Shown one piece after another: positions 9,334 to 18,734 of a DNA stretch of 64,000 nucleotides. Both the position numbers and the translations under genes were made by a program. The DNA comes from a virus (taxonomy: Duplodnaviria > Caudoviricetes), in IMG/VR virus record IMGVR_UViG_3300042881_004206, one strand, 5' to 3'. The notes under the pieces were generated by a model that did no database searches, was not told the origin of the DNA, and saw only the letters and a program-made list of their open reading frames with translations. Position 1 is the first letter of the stretch, and each line of letters begins with the position of its first letter.

Positions 9334-9615
9334 ATGACACCAAGTAATATAGATAAAATACTAGAAGAATTCGGCGACTTCGAAGATGATTTTGGATTCT
9401 CGGCTGTTTCTGAGGAAGAATACAATAAAGTAATTTCCGATACCACAGAGACTGCGGAAAATTTGAAGGATAGATTAGAAGAAATTGAAAAGTTGGTGAT
9501 ACCATTTTTGAAAAAACTTCATACCACTGGCGATAAAGAATATATCTACTGGCCAAACAGAAAACCAATCATAGAAAAACAAATTGAAAAAATATTGAAA
9601 CTGACAAGAGGTTAA
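9334..9615 (+). CDS. Conserved hypothetical protein
   Basis: DDFGFSAVSEEE ... YIYWPNR motifs, typical of T4-like environmental phages (recall). Confidence 0.7.
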   Translation: MTPSNIDKILEEFGDFEDDFGFSAVSEEEYNKVISDTTETAENLKDRLEEIEKLVIPFLKKLHTTGDKEYIYWPNRKPIIEKQIEKILKLTRG

Positions 9616-9617
9616 TT

Positions 9618-10331
9618 ATGAAAGCTACTGTGATTATACCGACCACTGGTTCACCAGAAGTTCGGAATGCTATAGAATCTGTACTAAAACAAACTATGGA
9701 AACTCAATGTTATGTTGTATGTGATGGTGAACAATATGGCGGTAAATCTGATGTTATAATTTCCGATTTTGGTGGTTGCAAAAATGTAAAATACACCAAA
9801 CTACCAATTAATGTTGGTGCAAATGGTTTCTATGGACACAGAATATATGCCGCTTTTACACACTTAATTGATACTCAATACGTTCTTTACCTGGATCAGG
9901 ACTGTTGGTTTGAACCAAATCATGTAGAAGAATGTATCAAGTCTATCGAAAGAAACGACCTGGATTGGTCCTATTCACTCCGTAAAATATGCAATAAAGA
10001 GGGCAAGTACCTTTGCAATGACGATTGTGAATCTCTCGGTGCATGGAAAACTTATCACGGAGTAAATCATATAGATACTAATTGTTATTGCATTAAAACT
10101 GAAGTTGCGATAAAATTGGCACAGGTTTGGCATGGAGGTTGGGGTCAAGACAGAGTTTGGCTTCAAGTTTTATCGCAACATTTTCCGAAATATGATTGCA
10201 CAGGCCTTTACACATTAAATTATAGAGTTGATGGAAATGCTGGTTCAGTAACCGCCGACTTCTTTTATAATGGTAATGAAGTTATGAATAGACGTTATGA
10301 TGGAGATTTCCCATGGAGAAAAAGAATTTAA
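9618..10331 (+). CDS. Glycosyltransferase family 2
   Basis: TVIIPT..AIESV..Q, YLDQD DxD motif, IDTNCY. Confidence 0.85.
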   Translation: MKATVIIPTTGSPEVRNAIESVLKQTMETQCYVVCDGEQYGGKSDVIISDFGGCKNVKYTKLPINVGANGFYGHRIYAAFTHLIDTQYVLYLDQDCWFEPNHVEECIKSIERNDLDWSYSLRKICNKEGKYLCNDDCESLGAWKTYHGVNHIDTNCYCIKTEVAIKLAQVWHGGWGQDRVWLQVLSQHFPKYDCTGLYTLNYRVDGNAGSVTADFFYNGNEVMNRRYDGDFPWRKRI

Positions 10332-11194
10332 TTATTGGAGGTTTCACCAATTACAATTATAGTCAGTTGAAACCTTGGGTCGAATCAATTGATGAATGTG
10401 GTTTTAGTGGTGATAAAGTGATGGTTGTTGGCAACGCATCACAGGAAACAAAAAATAAGTTACAAGAAAAAGGATTCGTATTGGTCGATATGCCACAGAT
10501 GAATGTGCCCATTCATGTTGCTCGATTTTTATCAATATACGAATATCTTAGAAATAACTGGCAAAATTATAATTATGTTGTGACAACAGATGTTAAAGAT
10601 GTTTATTTTCAAATTGATCCGTGTGAGTGGTTAGATTTTCATATAAACACTAAGTATAAGTTAGTTGCTGGTTCTGAAAGTATGAGATATAAAGATGAAC
10701 CTTGGGGAAATGAAAATTTGATGCAAGCATATGGTCCTTATATACACAACTTGTTTAAAGACACTGTAATATACAATGTGGGTACCATCGGTGGTAAATC
10801 AGAATATGTGAAAGACCTGGTCTTCAACATTTTCACAAATGCTATTAATAGACCTATTCCAATAGTTGATCAAGCGGTGTATAATGTTCTATTGAATACA
10901 CAACCATATAAAGATGTTACATTTTTTGCATCACAGTCCGATGGATGGGCTTGTCAAGCCGGCACCACAGTTGATCGATCAAAAATAGAAAAATTCAGAC
11001 CTTTCTTAACTGAAGCCGAACCTTTGTGGGAAAACGGTAAAGTTTTAACTGGTCAAGATTCGTCACATTGTAAAAAAGGAACTCCATTTTGCATCGTGCA
11101 TCAGTACGACCGAGTTCCTGAATGGAAAAAGTTTATACAAGAAAAATATGATCAAGACGATCCCAATCAACATTTTGTTTACAGGACAGTATAA
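10313..11194 (+). CDS. Putative GT-A glycosyltransferase
   Basis: TTDVKDVYFQIDP DxD-like motif, NVGTIGG, DQAVYN, VHQYDR. Confidence 0.55.
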   Translation: MEKKNLIIGGFTNYNYSQLKPWVESIDECGFSGDKVMVVGNASQETKNKLQEKGFVLVDMPQMNVPIHVARFLSIYEYLRNNWQNYNYVVTTDVKDVYFQIDPCEWLDFHINTKYKLVAGSESMRYKDEPWGNENLMQAYGPYIHNLFKDTVIYNVGTIGGKSEYVKDLVFNIFTNAINRPIPIVDQAVYNVLLNTQPYKDVTFFASQSDGWACQAGTTVDRSKIEKFRPFLTEAEPLWENGKVLTGQDSSHCKKGTPFCIVHQYDRVPEWKKFIQEKYDQDDPNQHFVYRTV

Positions 11195-11769
11195 TGAGTG
11201 ACCTTATAAAATTCAATACTTTTCAACAAGCTTTTGGAACACAAACACCAAAAAATATTTTCAAGTGTTCTGGATATGGTCTATCCGAACTGATAAAAGA
11301 TTTTAATAATCCTATTGGATTAGAAATTGGATGTGATATCGGTGACACAACAGAATTTTTGTTAAGTTCAAAAGAAGATTTAAATCTAATTTCGATTGAT
11401 CCGTATGAGAACTATGTTGATTGGAATGGTCGACCACTAAATGAACGAGAAGAAGTTTTCAATCGAATGATGGAAAGAATGAAAATTTTTAACAATCGTT
11501 TCACGCTTATCAGAAAAACTTCTGATGATGCGGTAGTTGATTTTCACGAAGAACAATTTGATTTTATTTTTATTGATGGTTTACATACTTATGATCAATT
11601 ATCTAAAGACTGTGAAAACTATTATAAATTCTTAAAACCTGGAGGCATATTCTCGGGACATGATTTTACAGCAATTGAAGGTGTCAATCGTGCAGCGAAT
11701 GAATTTGCAACAAAGGTCAACAAAGAAATAATGACAACCGAATGTGATGTTTGGTATTGGTACAAATGA
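11194..11769 (+). CDS. Class I SAM-dependent methyltransferase (Methyltransf_24-like)
   Basis: LEIGCDIGDT, SIDPY, DFIFIDGLHTY, LKPGGIFSGHD. Confidence 0.9.
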   Translation: MSDLIKFNTFQQAFGTQTPKNIFKCSGYGLSELIKDFNNPIGLEIGCDIGDTTEFLLSSKEDLNLISIDPYENYVDWNGRPLNEREEVFNRMMERMKIFNNRFTLIRKTSDDAVVDFHEEQFDFIFIDGLHTYDQLSKDCENYYKFLKPGGIFSGHDFTAIEGVNRAANEFATKVNKEIMTTECDVWYWYK

Positions 11770-12452
11770 AAAAGTGTATAATATTATCAGGTCAATACAG
11801 AACATTTGAAAAGACCAAAGAGAATATCAAAAAATTCATTGATATTAATGATATGGATGTTTATTGCCATATCTGGTCGATGGATGCGAGAGAAATAGAT
11901 GATGTCAAACATACTCTTGTTCCCAGAGCTATTCTCTGTGAAGATTTTAAAAAATACGAGGATCAATTCAACAAAATTGAATCTAGAATACGATCAACGA
12001 ATCCGAAAAATGCTCCAGACGATAAAGTTGCTGGAAATGCATCAATGAATTTTAGTCGAAAGAGAGCCTTTGATCTGATAGAAGAAAAATATGACATACT
12101 AGTTTATTGCAGATATGATATTGCATTCAAGTATCCTTTTCAATTTGAAAATGTCGATAAAATTTATACTCCCTTAGAAGAATCATACAATCTGATATCG
12201 GATATTTTTGCAATAATGCCGTTTGACTATGCAAAAAATTATTTTATATATGACAATTATGAAAAATTACACTCAACACAATTTGAAAAAGATTTTGAAG
12301 ATTATTTGAGATATAAAAAAGTTTACGGTGAAGAAAATATTAGAATTCATAAACATGAACGTTATTGCCCACATATGATGTTACTTAGAAATTTGGTAAT
12401 GACTAATACACCATTTGAAACATTCAATTTGCCAGTGGGTCTACAGAGATGA
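11766..12452 (+). CDS. Glycan-locus protein of the SGQ.R family
   Basis: IILSGQYRTF, DVYCHIWS, RYD, SDIFA; paralogous to next gene; start re-called at ATG 11766. Confidence 0.6.
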   Translation: MKKCIILSGQYRTFEKTKENIKKFIDINDMDVYCHIWSMDAREIDDVKHTLVPRAILCEDFKKYEDQFNKIESRIRSTNPKNAPDDKVAGNASMNFSRKRAFDLIEEKYDILVYCRYDIAFKYPFQFENVDKIYTPLEESYNLISDIFAIMPFDYAKNYFIYDNYEKLHSTQFEKDFEDYLRYKKVYGEENIRIHKHERYCPHMMLLRNLVMTNTPFETFNLPVGLQR

Positions 12453-13126
12453 AAATAGCACTATGTTTTTCTGGCCAGGCCAGATCCTTTGAAAAAGGTT
12501 TCGAATTTTATAAGAAAAATCTTTTGGATCACTATGATGTGGATGTTTATGTGCATTCTTGGAAATTCGAAAACGAAAGAAAACTGTTAGAATTATACCG
12601 ACCAAAAAATTATGAATTCGAAACTCCCCCTCTTGGTGATTTTGATAATCGTTACACTAATACTCCTAATCCCCAAAAGCATCCACCAAAATTTACATAC
12701 CGAATGTTATATTCCATGTATAGGTGCAGCCAAATTATATTAGGAGAATACGATTGGATTATCAAGTCTCGTACAGATTATGCGTTGAATGTGAAGATAC
12801 CCTTTGAAAAACTTGATAGTCGAATACTTTATATACCAAATTGTAGAATGGTACCTGAAAGAAATTTTGGTAATGATCAGTTTGCTTTTAGTTCGCATGA
12901 AAATATGTTGAAGTACATGTCGACCTACAATAACATTGATAAGTATTATAATGCAGGAAATCAATTCATAGGTGAAGATATGATGCGAGCAAATCTACAT
13001 GAACACAATTTACACGGAGAAAAACTTGTTTATGTTAACATGAACAATCCTTTTCCTCCAGGTCCGCACAATGGAACATGGCATTCTTTGATTCGTGATG
13101 ATTATGACCAATGGATAAAATCGTAA
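12449..13126 (+). CDS. Glycan-locus protein of the KIALCFSGQ.R family (putative glycosyltransferase-like)
   Basis: KIALCFSGQARSF, DVYVHSW, KSRTD, NDQFAFS. Confidence 0.6.
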   Translation: MKIALCFSGQARSFEKGFEFYKKNLLDHYDVDVYVHSWKFENERKLLELYRPKNYEFETPPLGDFDNRYTNTPNPQKHPPKFTYRMLYSMYRCSQIILGEYDWIIKSRTDYALNVKIPFEKLDSRILYIPNCRMVPERNFGNDQFAFSSHENMLKYMSTYNNIDKYYNAGNQFIGEDMMRANLHEHNLHGEKLVYVNMNNPFPPGPHNGTWHSLIRDDYDQWIKS

Positions 13127-13866
13127 AAGAATTTCATGGCCATTCTGGTAGCCAAGTTTATTTGATGGAGAATGAACACGGACTATATGTTAAGAAAAAT
13201 GGTAATGTGTTAAGAAACATCGAAAGGATGCAGGCATTATTGAATGCTGGTTTTCCCGTGCCAAAAATTTATATTTGTGACTCGCAAACAATGAATATGC
13301 AATATATTCATGGTCTCGACATGAAAAATTATTTAATTCATTCCGACACAGATCCTTTGATTAATTTTATCAAGGAAACAATAGATAAATTTAAGTCTAA
13401 TACAAAAGAAAAAGACTACACGGAAATATACAATCAGAAGTTAATGTGGATGAATCAAGATAGTAATCTACCATTTACAAAAGATGAACTAATAGAATTA
13501 TTACCTAAAAAATTACCACAATCATTATATCACGGCGATATGACATTAGAAAATATTATGCATACAAAAAAAGGTTTCTATTTTATTGATCCCGTGACAA
13601 TCGAATATGACTCATACATATTTGATATAGCTAAATTGAGACAAGATTTGGAATGTAAATGGTTTCTGAGAAATGAAAATCTAAAATTGGATGTTAAGTT
13701 ACAGAATATTAAAGATGAATTAAAATATTTTTATCCACAAGCTTTCAATGATTCATTATTAATACTGATGTTACTCAGAGTTTATGTACATTGCAAAAAA
13801 GATGATTTCAATTATAATTTTGTGAAAAGAAATATAGAACAATTGTGGAATTATTTAAAAACATAA
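13111..13866 (+). CDS. APH/choline-kinase-like phosphotransferase
   Basis: GHSGSQV loop, HGDMTLENI, FIDP, DIAKLRQD. Confidence 0.85.
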   Translation: MDKIVKEFHGHSGSQVYLMENEHGLYVKKNGNVLRNIERMQALLNAGFPVPKIYICDSQTMNMQYIHGLDMKNYLIHSDTDPLINFIKETIDKFKSNTKEKDYTEIYNQKLMWMNQDSNLPFTKDELIELLPKKLPQSLYHGDMTLENIMHTKKGFYFIDPVTIEYDSYIFDIAKLRQDLECKWFLRNENLKLDVKLQNIKDELKYFYPQAFNDSLLILMLLRVYVHCKKDDFNYNFVKRNIEQLWNYLKT

Positions 13867-13882
13867 GTGAAATGGAATAACT

Positions 13883-14914
13883 ATGGAAATTATTGTGCCT
13901 GCGGCTGGATTATCAACTCGTTTTCCAGATATGAAACCAAAATATCTTCTTTTTGACTACAAACACGATATGATGCTCTCAAATTCTGTTTACAGATATA
14001 AGGAGATGGGACACAATATCACTATTGGTATCTTAAAGGAACATGATGAAAAATACAACGCAAAAGATTTTATACATCATGAATTGGGAGAAGATGTGCG
14101 AGTTGTAATTTTAGAAAAGCCAACGAGAGGTCCTGCTGAAACCGTCTATGAAATCCTAAAGATAGCAAATATTGTCGATGACGAAATCTTTATCAAAGAT
14201 TGTGACAGTTTCTTTGATCATGAAATAGAATCTGGAAATTATATTTGTGTTTCAGACATTACAAAGCACGAAGTGTTGAAAAAACTCTCATCAAAAAGCT
14301 TTGTTATTGCAAATGAACAGATGATCATTACGAACATAATTGAAAAGCGGGTTGTTTCTAATACATTTTGTGTTGGTGGTTATAAATTCAGCAGAGCAAA
14401 AGATTATATCGAATCGTATGAAGAAATATGCAAATATACAGGAGAAATATTTGTATCTGATGTAATTGGAAGGATGATTGACAAAAATCATGTTTTCATC
14501 AAAAAAGATGTGACGAATTATTTTGATGTTGGTACTGCACAAGATTGGTTTGAATATAATGATAAACCTGTATTCTTCTGTGATATTGACGGCACACTCA
14601 TAAAATCACAAACAAGAGTTGGATCAAACACATATTATGATCCACCAATTGTTTTAGAGAACAATGTAAAAATTATGTTGGAATATCAAAGTAAAGGCGC
14701 ACAAATTATTTTTACCACTTCTCGACCTAAATCTGTTGATCACATTACACGGTCCATGTTAGAATCTTTAGGTTTCAAAAACATTCAATTGATTTCCGGA
14801 TTACTTAATTCCAAACGAATACTGATAAATGATTTTAATGCTGGAAATCCTTTTCCGAGGGCCGAGGCTATAAATTTATTCAGAGATGATGATTTATTGA
14901 AAAATTTTCTATGA
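13883..14914 (+). CDS. Sugar-phosphate nucleotidyltransferase fused to HAD phosphatase
   Basis: N-terminal PAAGLSTRF..PK and DCD; C-terminal FCDIDGTLI, FTTSRP, INDF. Confidence 0.85.
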   Translation: MEIIVPAAGLSTRFPDMKPKYLLFDYKHDMMLSNSVYRYKEMGHNITIGILKEHDEKYNAKDFIHHELGEDVRVVILEKPTRGPAETVYEILKIANIVDDEIFIKDCDSFFDHEIESGNYICVSDITKHEVLKKLSSKSFVIANEQMIITNIIEKRVVSNTFCVGGYKFSRAKDYIESYEEICKYTGEIFVSDVIGRMIDKNHVFIKKDVTNYFDVGTAQDWFEYNDKPVFFCDIDGTLIKSQTRVGSNTYYDPPIVLENNVKIMLEYQSKGAQIIFTTSRPKSVDHITRSMLESLGFKNIQLISGLLNSKRILINDFNAGNPFPRAEAINLFRDDDLLKNFL

Positions 14915-15606
14915 TTCCAGATAAAAATTTATTTATTGTAACATCTTGTATAAAACCCGTAATTGGTGTTTTTTCAGAAGAAGTTAGATTTTTGCAAACA
15001 ATCGATTCACTAATATCAATTAGAGAAAAAGATCCTGATGCGATTATATTTTTGTGTGATGCATCTGTAAATAAACTCACCGAAAAAGAATTAGATAAAC
15101 TAAATCGATATTGCAATTTGTTTATTGACATGAATAATTTTCCTCATGTCAGAGAACTTTCATCTAAAGGTCTAAAAAGTCATGCCGAAAATGCTCTAAT
15201 GTTTGGAGTATTGGCATCACTAAAACAAGGTGTAAATTCACAGAAAATGATGTATTCTGTGAAAAGAATATTCAAATATTCTGCACGAACAAACTTAAAT
15301 GAAAACTTTAGATTAGAAGATTATGATAATCTTTTCGGCAAGTTTGTTTTCAAGAAAAGAATACCAACTTGGATGCAAAATGTACAAAATGATGCAACGA
15401 ATCTTTTAATAACAAGACTGTTTTCTTTTTGTCCCTCGTTGATTGATGTATACTTGAATGTCATCAATGAGAATTTCAGATTATTGAATTATATGGACAC
15501 CGAACATGCACACTTTGTAAACATACCAAAAAAATACTTAGTGGAGTTCGATAATATAGGTTGCGTGGGTTTTTTGGCAGGAAATGGTGCGACCGAGGTA
15601 TATTAA
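14911..15606 (+). CDS. Hypothetical protein of the glycan island
   Basis: FIVTS, RFLQT..SLISIR, FKYSAR; position within the island. Confidence 0.55.
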   Translation: MIPDKNLFIVTSCIKPVIGVFSEEVRFLQTIDSLISIREKDPDAIIFLCDASVNKLTEKELDKLNRYCNLFIDMNNFPHVRELSSKGLKSHAENALMFGVLASLKQGVNSQKMMYSVKRIFKYSARTNLNENFRLEDYDNLFGKFVFKKRIPTWMQNVQNDATNLLITRLFSFCPSLIDVYLNVINENFRLLNYMDTEHAHFVNIPKKYLVEFDNIGCVGFLAGNGATEVY

Positions 15607-15643
15607 TTCCAAGGTTTTGACTTTTATATATCAAATACAAGAT

Positions 15644-15684
15644 TTGACTTTTTAAACCTCTTATGATATAATTCGTTATAAATA
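15644..15684 (+). promoter_or_regulatory. Tandem sigma70-type and T4 late promoters
   Basis: TTGACT-17-TATAAT (15644-15672) followed by exact TATAAATA (15677-15684). Confidence 0.75.
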
Positions 15685-15729
15685 ACTCCACGGGCAACCA
15701 AAGTGTGTTGCATATCTAGAGGTAAATTA

Positions 15730-16923
15730 ATGAAATCTTTCGTTTCGTTTCTCCGTGAAGAATCAGAACAGCCGGAAGGCGAAAAACTCAAACATATTGA
15801 GCACCTAGAAGACCATCCTATTAACGATGGTAAAAGGGGATTTGAACACGCCGTTGGTGCATTAGATCAGGCACACAAACACATCATTGCTGGTAGTCAC
15901 GATTCAACTTTGACTATGAAACACGATGGATCACCTTCTATTGTATTTGGTCATCATCCTGAAACTGGCAAGTTTTTTGTGGCATCAAAATCGGCTTTCA
16001 ATAAGAATCCAAAAATCAACTACACACCAGAAGATATTAAAAATAACCATGGCCATGCACCAGGTCTAGTAGAAAAATTAACTCACGCACTACAACACCT
16101 ACCTAAAATTACACCAAAACAGGGTGTTTTTCAAGGTGATGTTCTTTTCTCCGGCAAAGACAAGACTACTTCCGGCGGTGTAACAAAGTTTACTCCCAAC
16201 ACAATCACTTATTCCGCAGACAATCCGGAAGAAGAAAAAAAGATCCGTAAGGCCAAATTCGGCATCTATAATCATACAGAGTATGTTGGTAAGTCTGCCA
16301 AGGCAATGACTGCAAACTACAGTCCCAACTTTGAAAATTTCAAAGAACATCCCGAGGTATATCACCGAATGGGTGGTCATGATACATCTAAGGTCAAAAT
16401 GACTGGCAATCAACATGTTGAATATGCGCAACATCTGAAAGCTGCAAATAAAGTGCATAATGCACACGGCAACTACATGTATGATGCGCTGGAAAACCCT
16501 GGATCCTATGGATCACTTCGTGATCATGTGAAAACATACATTAATTCAACTGTGGATACACAAGAAAAACCATCTGTTCCGGGTTTACAGAAACATTTGG
16601 AAAACAAATACAACAAACAGATCGACAAAGTTAAAACTGATGCTGCCAAGAAAAAGTATCAGGATGAAGTTGCGAGTCACATTAAACATACCAATTTACA
16701 CAAACAAAACTTAGAAAATGTATTCTCTGTACACCATCACTTGCAGAAAGCTAAAGATGTTCTCGTACATGCACTCTCAACACATACTGGTGGTCTCAAA
16801 CATGAATATAAAGGACAACCAGTGAAACCTGAGGGATTTGTAATTAACCATGAAGGTCAACTATCAAAATTCAATGACCGCAATGAATTCAATAGACTCA
16901 ACAGACTAGCAAGATCAAAATGA
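15730..16923 (+). CDS. Ligase-like covalent nucleotidyltransferase (DUF6267-like), probable capsid-internal protein
   Basis: KHDGS (motif I KxDG), FQGD (III), PEGFVI (IV), LSKF (V); N-terminus MKSFVSFLREE. Confidence 0.6.
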   Translation: MKSFVSFLREESEQPEGEKLKHIEHLEDHPINDGKRGFEHAVGALDQAHKHIIAGSHDSTLTMKHDGSPSIVFGHHPETGKFFVASKSAFNKNPKINYTPEDIKNNHGHAPGLVEKLTHALQHLPKITPKQGVFQGDVLFSGKDKTTSGGVTKFTPNTITYSADNPEEEKKIRKAKFGIYNHTEYVGKSAKAMTANYSPNFENFKEHPEVYHRMGGHDTSKVKMTGNQHVEYAQHLKAANKVHNAHGNYMYDALENPGSYGSLRDHVKTYINSTVDTQEKPSVPGLQKHLENKYNKQIDKVKTDAAKKKYQDEVASHIKHTNLHKQNLENVFSVHHHLQKAKDVLVHALSTHTGGLKHEYKGQPVKPEGFVINHEGQLSKFNDRNEFNRLNRLARSK

Positions 16924-18734
16924 AGAAATTTTCAGAATTAGTAGAAGAAAAAAACAAACATCTCGTGATGTTGTTTGGACGCATGAATCCACCAACTAAA
17001 GGTCACGAAGAAAACGTCGAGGGAATGAAAAAAATGGCCCAACGAAATGGTGCCGACCATCTTGTTGTTGCTTCACATTCACAAGATGCAAAGAAAAATC
17101 CACTTTCTCCTGATGTTAAATTGAAGCATCTAAAACGTTCATTTCCAGATACGAATGTCATTACATCCAGTAAAGAGAAACCATCAATCATGCATCATGC
17201 TGCAGATGCATATAAAAAAGGTTATAGTCATTTGACGGTTGTTGCTGGTGCAGACCGCGTACCTGAATATGAAAGATTATTGAATCACTACAATGGCAAA
17301 TTCAAAGATGAAGCTGGAACACCAGTTGGCCATGGTGGTTATAATTTCAAGAGCATCAAAGTTGTTTCGACTGGTGAAAGAAAAAAAGGTATTTCTGGCA
17401 CCGATATGCGCAATCATGCACAGAACAACGATTTCAAATCTTTTCATGCAAATCTATCCTCGTCAATGAGGAAAAATCCAAATCATGCTAAAGAGTTATT
17501 TCATGATGTTAGAAAAGGTATGGGTTTAAATGAAGACACAAATCGTGGTATTTTCAAAGCCATCTTTGTGACGGGTGGGCCAGGTTCCGGAAAAGATATT
17601 GTTATCCGAGAAGCAATTTCTGAACAAAAAGCCGTTGAAATTAATATCACTCAAGCATATGATTTTCTCTGTGATAAACATAAACTGGCAGAAAAAACAA
17701 ATGATTATCGCAGAGAATCGATCCGTCTTCGTGGCCCATTAATTATCAATGGACCGGCCGATTCAGGAAAAGAAATGATTTGGGTGAAAGAAGAACTGGA
17801 AGAACTCGGTTACCAGACAATGATGGTGTTTGTTGATACGACAAATGAAGTTTCAAAACAAAGAAACATGAAATTGTCGAAAATGATATCGGAATCGATG
17901 CGCCAAGAAAAATGGATGGAAGCACAAAAATGCAAGGAATCTTATCAAAATTGTTTCGATGAATTCATCTATATCAATAACAGTGGATCCTATCAAGAAA
18001 TAGAAGATGATATTACTGATACCTATAAAGAAATAAATACATTTATTGAGGGCAAGAACTATAATGAGATTGCTTCTTATTGTATGGAAAACCGTGGTAA
18101 AAATGAAACCACATCTACTTTGAAGGAAAATGACTATGTTAAGAAAAATTCTAGATTTTTTGAGAATTACAAAACCAGCCGTGCAGGAAAAACACCCACT
18201 GGATATAGCAAAATATCAACCGGTGGTCCAAGAGCAGAAGGTCCAGGAGACATTACCCCAGACAACAGAGCCAGTGACACCAACACAGACAACATCAAGT
18301 GGGACGCACCAAAAAGAACAAAAACCTACACCTTCAGAACCTACAGTGAAGCCAAAGGCACCCCGCAAATCAAGGTCTACCCACAACCAAAAGAAACCAA
18401 CTTCAGTAAAGACAAAGAAAAAGTAAAGAAAAGGGGTATAGTTGATGCACCAACAGTCAGTCAAAGAATGAGAAATGTGACGAGTTTAGGTCCAGAGTTT
18501 GATACTAGACAACAAGGAACTGTGTACCCAATGTCTGGTTTAGGAGATGTGACATATAGAGAAGAAAAGAATTTTAGAAATTTTAAAAAATTCTTAGAAT
18601 CTCACATGGATCCGGGCGACAATGAAATGGGTGTTGGTGGCGTATTAGGTGGATCAACAAACAAAGAACCGATGGAAAACCCAAAGGATAAATTAGGTCA
18701 AACTTACACAATAAAAAAGAATAAAAAGAAATGA
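16920..18734 (+). CDS. HIGH-family (cytidylyltransferase-like) nucleotidyltransferase fused to P-loop kinase
   Basis: FGRMNPPTKGH, VAGADR, ISGTDMR; second domain VTGGPGSGKD..VFVDT..R; N-terminus MKKFSELVEE. Confidence 0.8.
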   Translation: MKKFSELVEEKNKHLVMLFGRMNPPTKGHEENVEGMKKMAQRNGADHLVVASHSQDAKKNPLSPDVKLKHLKRSFPDTNVITSSKEKPSIMHHAADAYKKGYSHLTVVAGADRVPEYERLLNHYNGKFKDEAGTPVGHGGYNFKSIKVVSTGERKKGISGTDMRNHAQNNDFKSFHANLSSSMRKNPNHAKELFHDVRKGMGLNEDTNRGIFKAIFVTGGPGSGKDIVIREAISEQKAVEINITQAYDFLCDKHKLAEKTNDYRRESIRLRGPLIINGPADSGKEMIWVKEELEELGYQTMMVFVDTTNEVSKQRNMKLSKMISESMRQEKWMEAQKCKESYQNCFDEFIYINNSGSYQEIEDDITDTYKEINTFIEGKNYNEIASYCMENRGKNETTSTLKENDYVKKNSRFFENYKTSRAGKTPTGYSKISTGGPRAEGPGDITPDNRASDTNTDNIKWDAPKRTKTYTFRTYSEAKGTPQIKVYPQPKETNFSKDKEKVKKRGIVDAPTVSQRMRNVTSLGPEFDTRQQGTVYPMSGLGDVTYREEKNFRNFKKFLESHMDPGDNEMGVGGVLGGSTNKEPMENPKDKLGQTYTIKKNKKK

